From NCBI RefSeq assembly GCF_000009705.1, contig NC_003270.1, forward strand, positions 8,341-40,340: a DNA stretch of 32,000 nt. The letters run 5' to 3'. This stretch comes from Nostoc sp. PCC 7120 = FACHB-418. Its GTDB lineage: Bacteria; Cyanobacteriota; Cyanobacteriia; Cyanobacteriales; Nostocaceae. A program made the translations under genes and the position numbers. The notes under the pieces were generated by a model that was not told the origin of the DNA, did not search any database, and saw only the letters and a program-made list of their open reading frames with translations. Below are positions 6,583-15,500 of this stretch, one piece after another (position 1 is the first letter of the stretch; each line of letters opens with the position of its first letter).

Positions 6583-8622
6583 ATGCCCCAGGACTTCTCC
6601 GGCCAAAATCTTCGTGGGCGCAACTTCAAAGGACAAGACCTTGCGGGTGCAAACTTTAGCTATGCCGACATTCGAGGGGCAAACTTTAGCGGTGCTAACT
6701 TGATAGGGGCAAACTTTACTCTTGCCAAAGCCGGACTGCGACGACGTTGGGTGATTGGTTTAGTTATTGTCTCGTTCTTATTGTCGAGACTGTCAGGATA
6801 TCTCTGTGCTTTTAATGGTTATTTAGTGTCGCTGATATTTAGTTTGTCCACTGATAACCTGATTATCGGCTGGGTTGCTTTAATTATATTGATTCCTTTC
6901 TACTTCATAACCATTCGTCAAGGATTCACAGCTGGTTTTGGATATCTCGCCGTCGCTTTCGCCGTCGCCGTCGCCGTCGCTTTCGCCGGAGCCGGAGGCG
7001 TCGCTTTCGCCGTCGCTTTCGCTTTCGCTGGAGCCGGAGGCGTCGCTTTCGCCGTCGCCGGAGCCGGAGCCGTTGCCGTCGCCGTCGCCTTCGCCGTCGC
7101 TTTCGCCGTCGCCGGAGCCTTCGCCGGAGCCGTTGCCGTCGCCGTCGCCTTCGCTTTCGCCGTCGCCGGAGCCCTCACCTTCGCTGGAGCCTTTGCCTTC
7201 GCCAGAGCCTTCGCCGTCGCTGTCGCCGTCACCGAAATGTTACTGAGCATTTACATTGCTTGGCAAGCCATGAAAGGAAACGAAAAATATTCTCTAGTTC
7301 GCAACATTGCGATTGCCTTTGCTGCAACAGGAGGTACAAGTTTTCGTGGCGCTGACTTAACCAGTGCTGATTTCACCCAAGCCACACTCAAAAGTACAGA
7401 TTTGAGAAACACAATCCTTACTAATACCCATTGGCATCAAGCCAAAATGCTTGACCGTGTTCGCCCTGGCTCGACTTATCTTCAAAATCCACAAATACGT
7501 CAACTGCTGGTTACAGGACAGGGACAGGACAAAAACTTTGACGGTCAAATTCTGCGAGGTATCAATTTACAAAAAGCTAACCTAGCAGATGCCAGCTTTA
7601 TTGGTGCTGACCTCAGTGAAGCCAATTTGCAAGATGCCGATTTGTCAAGGGCAAAGCTAAAGCAAACCCAACTAGACGGCACAGATTTAACAGGTGCAAC
7701 ACTCACCGGAGCTTTCATTGAAGATTGGGGGATTACAAATACAACTAAATTGCATGGGGTGAGGTGTGAATATGTCTTCATGCGCTTACCCACTGCATAT
7801 AACCCCGACCCCCTCCGCAAACCTGATAATAATAAAGAAGTGTTTGCAGACGGTGATTTTGGCGAATTTATTAAACCAATTTTTGATACACTCGACCTCT
7901 ACCATAACCAAAATGTTGACCCCAGAGCGATCGCAATTTCGTTTAAGCAGTTAGCAGAAAATCACCCGGCAGCCGAACTAGAAATTGTGGCAATGGAGAA
8001 ACGGGGACAGGATAAGTTTTTACTTCGCGCTAAAACCGCAGCTAGGGCTGACAAGTCTCAACTGAGTGCAGAATATTTTGATAGTTATAATCAGCTTAAA
8101 GGTTTACCAGAGAGAGAAATTAAATTATTGCTGGCAGAGAAAGAAAATCAAATCCGCAGATTAGAAAATATGGTAATGACGGCACTTGAGCGTCCTAGTT
8201 TTTATTCAAACACCCAAATAGAAAAGGTAAATACAATGACTAATAATCCTGGTGGAATTTCTCAAAATGTAAGTGGCGGTAGTGTGTATGGTGGGATGCA
8301 AGCAGCACAGGGTAATAATAACGTGCAAACTTCAACCACTTATTCTTCACCAGAACAAAAACAAAATCTTGCAGAAGCCGCAGCAGAAATTCAGCAATTA
8401 CTAGAGCAATTAAGCCAGTCTTATCCTACCAATACCAACTCTGAAAAAATGGTATTTGCAATAGAAGCCAAGAAACACGTCGAAAATAACCCAACTTTAA
8501 TGAAGAAAATAATTAGTGCTTTAGAGGCAGGTAGTACGGCTGCTCTAGAACAACTTCTTAGTCATCCCGCAGCAAGTTTTGTAATTGGAGCCTTCGAGGA
8601 TTTCAAAAATAACTCCAAGTAA
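6583..8622 (+). CDS. membrane pentapeptide-repeat protein with an (Ala-X)n low-complexity core and a C-terminal Q/N/G-motif module
   Basis: Two A(D/N)LxX pentapeptide blocks (NLRGRNFKGQDLAGANFSYADIRGANFSGANLIGANF; ANLADASFIGADLSEANLQDADLSRAKLKQTQLDGTDLTGATLTGA). TM segments lie between them. The shared motif is at residues 552-582. Confidence 0.9.
   Translation: MPQDFSGQNLRGRNFKGQDLAGANFSYADIRGANFSGANLIGANFTLAKAGLRRRWVIGLVIVSFLLSRLSGYLCAFNGYLVSLIFSLSTDNLIIGWVALIILIPFYFITIRQGFTAGFGYLAVAFAVAVAVAFAGAGGVAFAVAFAFAGAGGVAFAVAGAGAVAVAVAFAVAFAVAGAFAGAVAVAVAFAFAVAGALTFAGAFAFARAFAVAVAVTEMLLSIYIAWQAMKGNEKYSLVRNIAIAFAATGGTSFRGADLTSADFTQATLKSTDLRNTILTNTHWHQAKMLDRVRPGSTYLQNPQIRQLLVTGQGQDKNFDGQILRGINLQKANLADASFIGADLSEANLQDADLSRAKLKQTQLDGTDLTGATLTGAFIEDWGITNTTKLHGVRCEYVFMRLPTAYNPDPLRKPDNNKEVFADGDFGEFIKPIFDTLDLYHNQNVDPRAIAISFKQLAENHPAAELEIVAMEKRGQDKFLLRAKTAARADKSQLSAEYFDSYNQLKGLPEREIKLLLAEKENQIRRLENMVMTALERPSFYSNTQIEKVNTMTNNPGGISQNVSGGSVYGGMQAAQGNNNVQTSTTYSSPEQKQNLAEAAAEIQQLLEQLSQSYPTNTNSEKMVFAIEAKKHVENNPTLMKKIISALEAGSTAALEQLLSHPAASFVIGAFEDFKNNSK
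6947..7233 (+). repeat. GC-rich 6-nt-periodic tandem repeat (GCC GTC / GCT TTC / GGA GCC units) encoding ~96 aa of A/V/F/G only
   Basis: Read directly. The repeat leaves other frames open on both strands (ORFs 6918-7250 minus and 6938-7246 plus), which are artefacts. Confidence 0.85.
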
Positions 8623-8718
8623 ATATTAACCTCAATAGAAAACACCAAACGAGTTTAGAAGAGTCTTTGCTGCGTTTGGTGTGAAAAATATTTGATATAT
8701 TGCTATGAAATTTTTACT

Positions 8719-10752
8719 ATGGATCAGCCAAAGTCTCCTGATGATAATCAAGCATCTTCGCCTGAACCTGGTATAAGACAGGAGGCTAATAATTCAACTT
8801 TCGGTGGTGGACAGCAGGCTGCAATAGGTAATGATAATATCCAAAATCAGGGGAACAATAACTGGCTAGGTAATACTTGGAATGTTTTTTTTGGGCAGCC
8901 GACAACCCCAGTAGGCAACCCGGCTCGACCAAAGAACGAACGGATACTATTAGCCGCAGTCAAAGAAGAAGTTACTTCCCGGTTAAGGCAGTCTCTACAC
9001 AATGCTGTGCTAATTAATCTAGGGAAAGAATCACAACCCCAGCAGGTAAAACGCTTTTGGGATGCAGAGATAAAAATTGGCTTAAAGCCTGCTGAACCTC
9101 TCTCAGATACCACAACAATTTTGGAAATTTTTGACTCCCAAGAAATTGCAGGTAAGTTGCTAATTCTGGGAAATCCTGGTGCTGGGAAAACTACTACAAT
9201 GCTAGATTTAGCGAAAGCTTTAATTGCACGGGCAGAACAAGATGCTGATTATCCAATTCCAGTATTGTTTAACCTCTCGGCTTGGAAGTATGATAAGCAG
9301 TCGATGCGGGATTGGTTGGTGCTGGAATTAAAGTCGAAATATGTAGTGCGTCAGGATATTGGTGCAAAGTGGTTGGATGATGTCAAGTTGTTACCAATGT
9401 TGGATGGGTTGGATGAACTAGAGTCAGCACGTCAGGAAGCTTGTGTCAATAATATTAATAAATTTGTGCAAAATGAATGGAGATCGCAGTATTTAGTGGT
9501 TTGTAGTCGCTCGGAAGAATACACAAATTATAAAATCAATCTGCAATTAAATGGAGCAATTTTTCTACAACCACTTACAGATAAACAAATTCAGGCATAT
9601 TTAACAAGGCTAAACCAACTAGAATTATGGAGAATAATACAAGTTGATACAGAGCTATTAAAGTTGCTAAGAACATCTCTATTTTTATCAATTTTAGGAT
9701 TTATCTCATTGCATAAAGCTTTATCTCTTCAAGAGTGGAAAACACTTACATCAACTCAAACACGACTGGAATACTTTTTTGGTACTTACTGGGAAACGGC
9801 AATAAGACGAGATATTGTGACTCCACAAATGGAGTCTCAGGGATTTAAAAGCCGTTCTTATGGAAAGAAAAAACCTCCGAGTGAAAAGCAAACACGAAGG
9901 TGGTTACTGTTTTTATCACAGCAGTTACAAAAAGAATCCAGAACTGAATTTTTGATTGAAAAAATGCAATTGTCTTGGTTGATAAATAATAGAGAAAAAT
10001 GGACTTATAGAATATCTTTTGGGATGCTTAGTGCCTTGATAGTTGGAATGATTTTTGGGACATTTGGTGAACTGAATGTTGGTCTAACCTTTGGGCTGAT
10101 TGGCGGACTAATTGGTGGGTTTAAGGAAATTAGATCTGTTGAATCATTTCGTTTTAATTTTACTGATAAACTAGGTAAAAATTTATTTAAAAACATAATC
10201 TATGGACTACTTACTGGACTTAGTTTTGGATTGATTGGTGCATTAATTGGTGAATTTTTTTTAAGGCTGAGTGGCAGAGGTTTGATTGCCGGGTCGTTTT
10301 TTGGCTTAATTAGTGGTGTGATTATTGGACTAATTAATGGGTTAAAAGCTGATATCCAAACTCGAACAAAACCAAACCAAGGAATTTTGGAGTCTGCAAA
10401 GAACTCGGCTGTAATTACCCTAAGCATCCTACTCATTTTTGTTCTGATACAGGCTTTAGCTTCGCAAACTCTCAGCAACATCTTTACTCAACCTAAGTTC
10501 ACTAGTCTTGTAGTTTGTTTACTGGCTGCATCAGTCTGTGGGTGTGGTTCAGCAAGTGGTGGTCAAGGTGGTATGCAGCATTTTACCCTACGCCTCGTCC
10601 TCTACTTCAACGGCTACATCCCTTGGAACTACGCCCGTTTCCTCGACTACTGCACTGAGCGATTATTCCTCCAGCGTGTAGGTGGACGCTACCGCTTCAT
10701 CCACAAACTGCTGCAAGACCACTTCGCGCAAATGGAGTTCAAACGGGATTAA
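8719..10752 (+). CDS. NACHT-type STAND NTPase with N-terminal Q/N/G motif and a C-terminal multi-TM glycine-zipper region
   Basis: Walker A LILGNPGAGKTTT (about nt 9169-9192). NACHT-style Walker B LLPMLDGLDELE. Three GxxxGxxxG-rich hydrophobic blocks. Terminal YRFIHKLLQDHFA resembles the NACHT winged-helix FxHxxxQE(Y/F)xA motif. ATG 8719 is preferred over TTG 8692 because MDQP matches the MNQP starts of two neighbouring motif proteins. Confidence 0.85.
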   Translation: MDQPKSPDDNQASSPEPGIRQEANNSTFGGGQQAAIGNDNIQNQGNNNWLGNTWNVFFGQPTTPVGNPARPKNERILLAAVKEEVTSRLRQSLHNAVLINLGKESQPQQVKRFWDAEIKIGLKPAEPLSDTTTILEIFDSQEIAGKLLILGNPGAGKTTTMLDLAKALIARAEQDADYPIPVLFNLSAWKYDKQSMRDWLVLELKSKYVVRQDIGAKWLDDVKLLPMLDGLDELESARQEACVNNINKFVQNEWRSQYLVVCSRSEEYTNYKINLQLNGAIFLQPLTDKQIQAYLTRLNQLELWRIIQVDTELLKLLRTSLFLSILGFISLHKALSLQEWKTLTSTQTRLEYFFGTYWETAIRRDIVTPQMESQGFKSRSYGKKKPPSEKQTRRWLLFLSQQLQKESRTEFLIEKMQLSWLINNREKWTYRISFGMLSALIVGMIFGTFGELNVGLTFGLIGGLIGGFKEIRSVESFRFNFTDKLGKNLFKNIIYGLLTGLSFGLIGALIGEFFLRLSGRGLIAGSFFGLISGVIIGLINGLKADIQTRTKPNQGILESAKNSAVITLSILLIFVLIQALASQTLSNIFTQPKFTSLVVCLLAASVCGCGSASGGQGGMQHFTLRLVLYFNGYIPWNYARFLDYCTERLFLQRVGGRYRFIHKLLQDHFAQMEFKRD

Positions 10753-10924
10753 GCAGATACCACCAACTCACACAGGGCGATCGCCAATCCCGTCGCCTTT
10801 AAATTTATCGAAGGCTTGAGCCGTGAAAATCTGCGCTTTGATGTAGCTGATACCGTCACTGGATTTGTCTTAGTGAGCTATACTCAATTTTTATTCAAGC
10901 ATCTAAGTAGACAAGATAAATATA

Positions 10925-11359
10925 ATGACTAATAATCCTGGTGGAATTTCCCAAAATGTAAGCGGTGGTAATGTGTACGGTGGTATGCAAGCGGCGCAGG
11001 GCGACAAAAACCAGCAAACAATGGAGACCAATGTAGTCGCATCTGGTGAAAAACAGCTAACTCAGGAAGATGTAATTCGGATGTTAGCGCAGATAGAACA
11101 ATTAGTAGGTGCAAACCCAGAACTACCAGAAGCAGTTAAAGAAAAGTCACTCAAATATCTAGGAGCCGCTAAAGAAGAAGCTCAAGTTCCTGAACCTGAT
11201 AAACAGTTGGCATCTGGGAATCTCAAACGGATGGCAGAAACACTGAAAACTACAAGCGAAACTGTAGCATCAACTAAAAACCTTTGGGAGAATGTTAAAC
11301 CAATTTTGTTGGAACTACCCGGCTGGCTAGGTGTTGCTAAAAGTTTCTTTGGATTTTAG
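10925..11359 (+). CDS. 144-aa protein: N-terminal Q/N/G motif, helical body and hydrophobic C-terminal tail; stand-alone paralogue of the pentapeptide protein's C-terminal module
   Basis: 25 of its first 26 residues are identical to residues 552-577 of the 6583-8622 protein. C-terminus ILLELPGWLGVAKSFFGF. The next ORF starts 12 nt downstream. Confidence 0.65.
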   Translation: MTNNPGGISQNVSGGNVYGGMQAAQGDKNQQTMETNVVASGEKQLTQEDVIRMLAQIEQLVGANPELPEAVKEKSLKYLGAAKEEAQVPEPDKQLASGNLKRMAETLKTTSETVASTKNLWENVKPILLELPGWLGVAKSFFGF

Positions 11360-11371
11360 TAAGACAAATCT

Positions 11372-12349
11372 ATGAATCAGCCGCCTTTATCTGACTCTAC
11401 CTCAAACCAGCCTCTTCAGAATACCCTTCAGCAGAATGCGGAAAGCTCGACACTGGGAGGAGGTATTCAAGGTACTCAGGGTAATAACAATATCCAGATT
11501 CAGGGATCAGAAAATCAGGTTAACAATATTAACTTGACACTGGTTTTAAATGAAAAAACAATTGAACAAACAAAAAATAGTGAACAACCAATTATTACTG
11601 AATCTGGGTTAGTTATTGAATCATCAGGAAGTTGGGTTTTATTACAAGGTTACTTCTTTCAAACAGAAACTGTTCGCCAGCATCAAGATGGCACATTAAC
11701 TGTAATGATTCCGTCTGAGAGTTCCCAAGACGATGCAACAATTCAATCACTTCGTCCTGACCGTTGGGGACAGTCACAGCTAACTACATTCGCTTATCGA
11801 AATGATGGTTTTCTTGTCAAGGTTGAGGAGATAGAAGCAGAATCTAGAAGGGACTCTTATATATGGAAACTCACTCTCAAGCCAGCAAACATCGAGTATG
11901 GTGGTAGTACTTTTGAAATGTCATATCAAGAACGCGACCAAACCTACTCAGCCGATGACATTGCTAATTTGAGAGGAAGACGGATATTACTGAACGATCC
12001 GCCCAAGCAGGTCATAGATGCTAAGTTTTACAGGCCTGCTTCGGCAAACAATCAAATGCTTGAGACGTTAATTAGAGGTATTAATACCCCCATTCAAGTT
12101 GAAAATTGTGTGCTGCAACCTCTATACTCTGTTTACAAGGATAGACCAAAGCTTTTTCTTGAACTGGCACGACTGATGGCTATTTTTTCTCTGAAAGCTG
12201 GCGATGTTGTTGAGCAAGTACTGGAATTGGCATTAGGGCCAATTGAACAAGCCAGCGTTCATGTAAGATTTCGAGGTAGAAGACGGAAGAAGTATGTTAA
12301 TGTCGAGCCATCTATCATTGAAATAGAAGGTGATTGTCCTCTTGAATAA
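11372..12349 (+). CDS. 325-aa protein: N-terminal MNQP leader, Q/N/G motif and a domain of unknown fold
   Basis: A long open frame only 12 nt after the previous stop. Motif ESSTLGGGIQGTQGNNNIQ at nt 11432-11518. No catalytic motif recognised. Confidence 0.65.
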   Translation: MNQPPLSDSTSNQPLQNTLQQNAESSTLGGGIQGTQGNNNIQIQGSENQVNNINLTLVLNEKTIEQTKNSEQPIITESGLVIESSGSWVLLQGYFFQTETVRQHQDGTLTVMIPSESSQDDATIQSLRPDRWGQSQLTTFAYRNDGFLVKVEEIEAESRRDSYIWKLTLKPANIEYGGSTFEMSYQERDQTYSADDIANLRGRRILLNDPPKQVIDAKFYRPASANNQMLETLIRGINTPIQVENCVLQPLYSVYKDRPKLFLELARLMAIFSLKAGDVVEQVLELALGPIEQASVHVRFRGRRRKKYVNVEPSIIEIEGDCPLE

Positions 12350-12532
12350 CTGGGGGATAAAATATTAGGCATATTCTCTACTCTGTCGCAGAATAACCAT
12401 GCACAATCTCGCAGGTTTTTTGCGCGACATGGCTCTATTAAATGCCATGCTTATCGTAATAAAGATATTTTCTGTTGATAATTACAACTTGTGATTAAAA
12501 TTACTAATATGTCCAGCTATTAACTTATTTGG

Positions 12533-15500
12533 ATGTCGCAGATTTACAAATGGAAAAGGTTTTGGTATCCAAGGTCAGGTAGGATTAATCTGACAGGCTT
12601 TGGTTATTTATATGACCCAGATACAGACTTTGGACATTACCTAAATCCAGATTTAGTAACATTTAATGCAATAGCTCATTTACCCTGTTTGGCACTTCTA
12701 GGAGAACCAGGAATTGGTAAGAGCTTTGCTATTGAGGCAGAGCAAAAAATAATCGATGCCAAAATCAAAGAAGAAGGTTCCCAGATACTCAGGTTAAACC
12801 TTCGTGAATACAGCAGCGAAGACAGATTAGTCCGCAGGTTTTTTGAAAGTCCAACTTTTAATGCTTGGATACAGGGTCAGCATCGGCTTTATGTTTTTCT
12901 TGACAGTTTAGACGAGTGTCTATTGAGAATTAACACTCTGGCTGCACTATTAGTAGGCGAGTTATCAAATTACTCAAACCACGTAGAACGCTTATATCTT
13001 CGCATTACCTGTAGAACTGCTGATTGGCCTAATAGTCTTGAACAAGGGCTGAAAAAAATTTGGGGAAAAGAGGCTGTAGGAGTTTACGAGTTAGCTCCCT
13101 TGCTTCGGGTAGACATTGCCTCGGCTGCACAAACAAAGGGTTTAGACGAGAACAACTTTCTTCAAGCTATTGAAGAACAAGAAGTTGTGCCATTGGCTAT
13201 CAAGCCAATTACACTAAAATTTTTACTAAACACATACTGCAACAACGGTAGCCTACCCACCCAGCAAACAGAACTATATTTAAAAGGTTGCCAATTGCTA
13301 TGTGAAGACACCGAAGATCGCCGTGATGCTCGGCTCACTGGCAACTTTACTGCTGACCAAAGAATGGTTGTTGCCGCTCGTATTGCCGCCGTAACAGTTT
13401 TCTGCAATCGATATGCTGTATGGATGGACATAGACCAAGGTGAAGTTCCCCCAGAAGATGTTGTGATTCGGGAGCTAGTTGGAGGAATAGAATTTATTCA
13501 GGGAGACGAATTTTCTGTAACCAAAGATGCTGTTAGAGAAGTATTGTCTACAGCATTATTTTCTTCTCGCGGATGTCATCGTATGGGGTGGGCGCACCAG
13601 ACTTATGCTGAGTTTCTTGCTGCTTGGTATTTGCAACACCGTCAATTAACCTTAGAGCAAATGATGAGCTTAATAGTTCATCCAGGCGACCCTGATGGCA
13701 AATTGATTCCCCAACTTCAGGAAACAGCAGTTTGGTTATCAAGTATAAATCAAAAAGTTTTTCAGGAGGTAATGAAGACAAACCCAGACATTTTATTAAA
13801 CAGCAGCGTAGCCACTGCTGACGATACAGTTAAAGCAAATTTAGTTGAGTCATTGCTAAAACTTTATGACGAAGGAAAGTTGTTGTATGAACCCAGATAT
13901 GGGGCGTATATACACTTGAAACATCAAAACTTAGCGGCTCAACTTCAATCATATATTTATGATGCCAGTAAGAACGAAACCGCACGATATGTGGCAATCG
14001 AAATTGCACAACAGTGTGAAGAAAAATCGCTTCAAGGAGACCTAGTTAGTATTGCCCTTGCCCCTGAACAACCTTATTGGGTTAGGGTAAATGCCGCAGA
14101 TACAATTTGTCTTATTGGTGATGAAGAAACTAAAGCAAGATTAAAACCATTAGCTACTGGTAAAGCGGGGGATGATACTGAAAATGAACTCAAGGGCTAT
14201 GGTCTTCGTGCTGTTTGGCCGAATCATATAACAGCAGCAGAGTTATTCAATATTCTTATACAGCCTACAAACAAGGCTACTGGTGGAACATATCAAAATT
14301 TTGTTGCCAAAGATATTGGACGACAAATACAGTTGGATGATTTGGCAATAGCTTTGAAGTGGGTTGAACAGCAACCTCTAAGACGCGATTTATGTTACCC
14401 ATTTAATGAACTGGCAGATACCATACTGCTAAAAGCTTGGGAACATCTTGATGTTCCAGATATACTCAAAGCTTTTGCAAATATAGTTTATTATAGGCTC
14501 AAAAATCATGACCAAATTACAGATAACCGTATATATAATGAAAACGAATCTTCTTGTGAAGAGCTACTAATACAAGATGACAATAAACGTCGTCAAATTT
14601 TAGAAACAATAGTTACTAGATTTTCTCAATCAGAAGCAGAAAGAATAGGAGTTTTAAGTTACAACTTTCCAGGAATAAACCAAGATTTCCTGTGGATTTT
14701 AGAAAAACTCAAAGAATCATCATCCGAAGCTAATCAGCTAGCATGGGCAAAGTTAATCTGGCGACTATTCAAGAGATATGACCCAGAACAAGTAAATGCA
14801 ATACTTACAATTAGCGAAGATATTCCCATACTAAAAGCAGAATTTTCAAAATTGATTGAACCAATAAAATTAACTTCTCAAACAGCAATAGAAGAAAGAG
14901 CAAATTACTTAGAAGACCTGAAACAGCAGGAGCGTAATAATAATCAACAACTTTTAGACCCACCTCCCAAAGACCGAATTATCAAATGTTTAGACCAATT
15001 TGAATCTGGAAATCTTAATTCCTGGACGCAGATATGTCATGATATAACACTTATACCCAATAGCATATACTATGACAAGATGCTATTGTTTAAACCAAAT
15101 ATAACAACGCTTCCTGGTTGGGAGGAAGCAGAATCATTAACAAAAACAAGAATTATAGGAGCTGCAAAAGTATATATACGTAAAGGAGACCCTATAACGT
15201 CGCAATGGCTAGGAACCAGTAAGTTTTATTACTCTACATTAGCTGGTTACAAAGCACTATGCTTAATTTTACAAGAAGAACCAGAGTATATATATGCTAT
15301 TCCTGATGGTGTTTGGAAAAAGTGGACGGCAGTTATACTCGATTATCCCAAAACAGGTAATCCAAAAGATGAAGAAATTCGTCAAGAATTGGTGAAAAAT
15401 ACTTACAAAGTCGCTCCAGATGAAGTTATCAATACCCTCATTATTTTGATTGACAAAGAAAATCAGGATAACGGTTCTATTTCAATTCACCATGCACTAG

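Noticed and set aside
6918-7250. A long antisense ORF (ATAKAKA-type, minus strand) and the +2-frame ORF 6938-7246 (SPSPSL-type) overlap the pentapeptide gene.
   Set aside because: Both are by-products of the 6-nt-periodic GC-rich repeat, which removes stop codons in several frames. Only the frame continuous with the pentapeptide domains makes biological sense.
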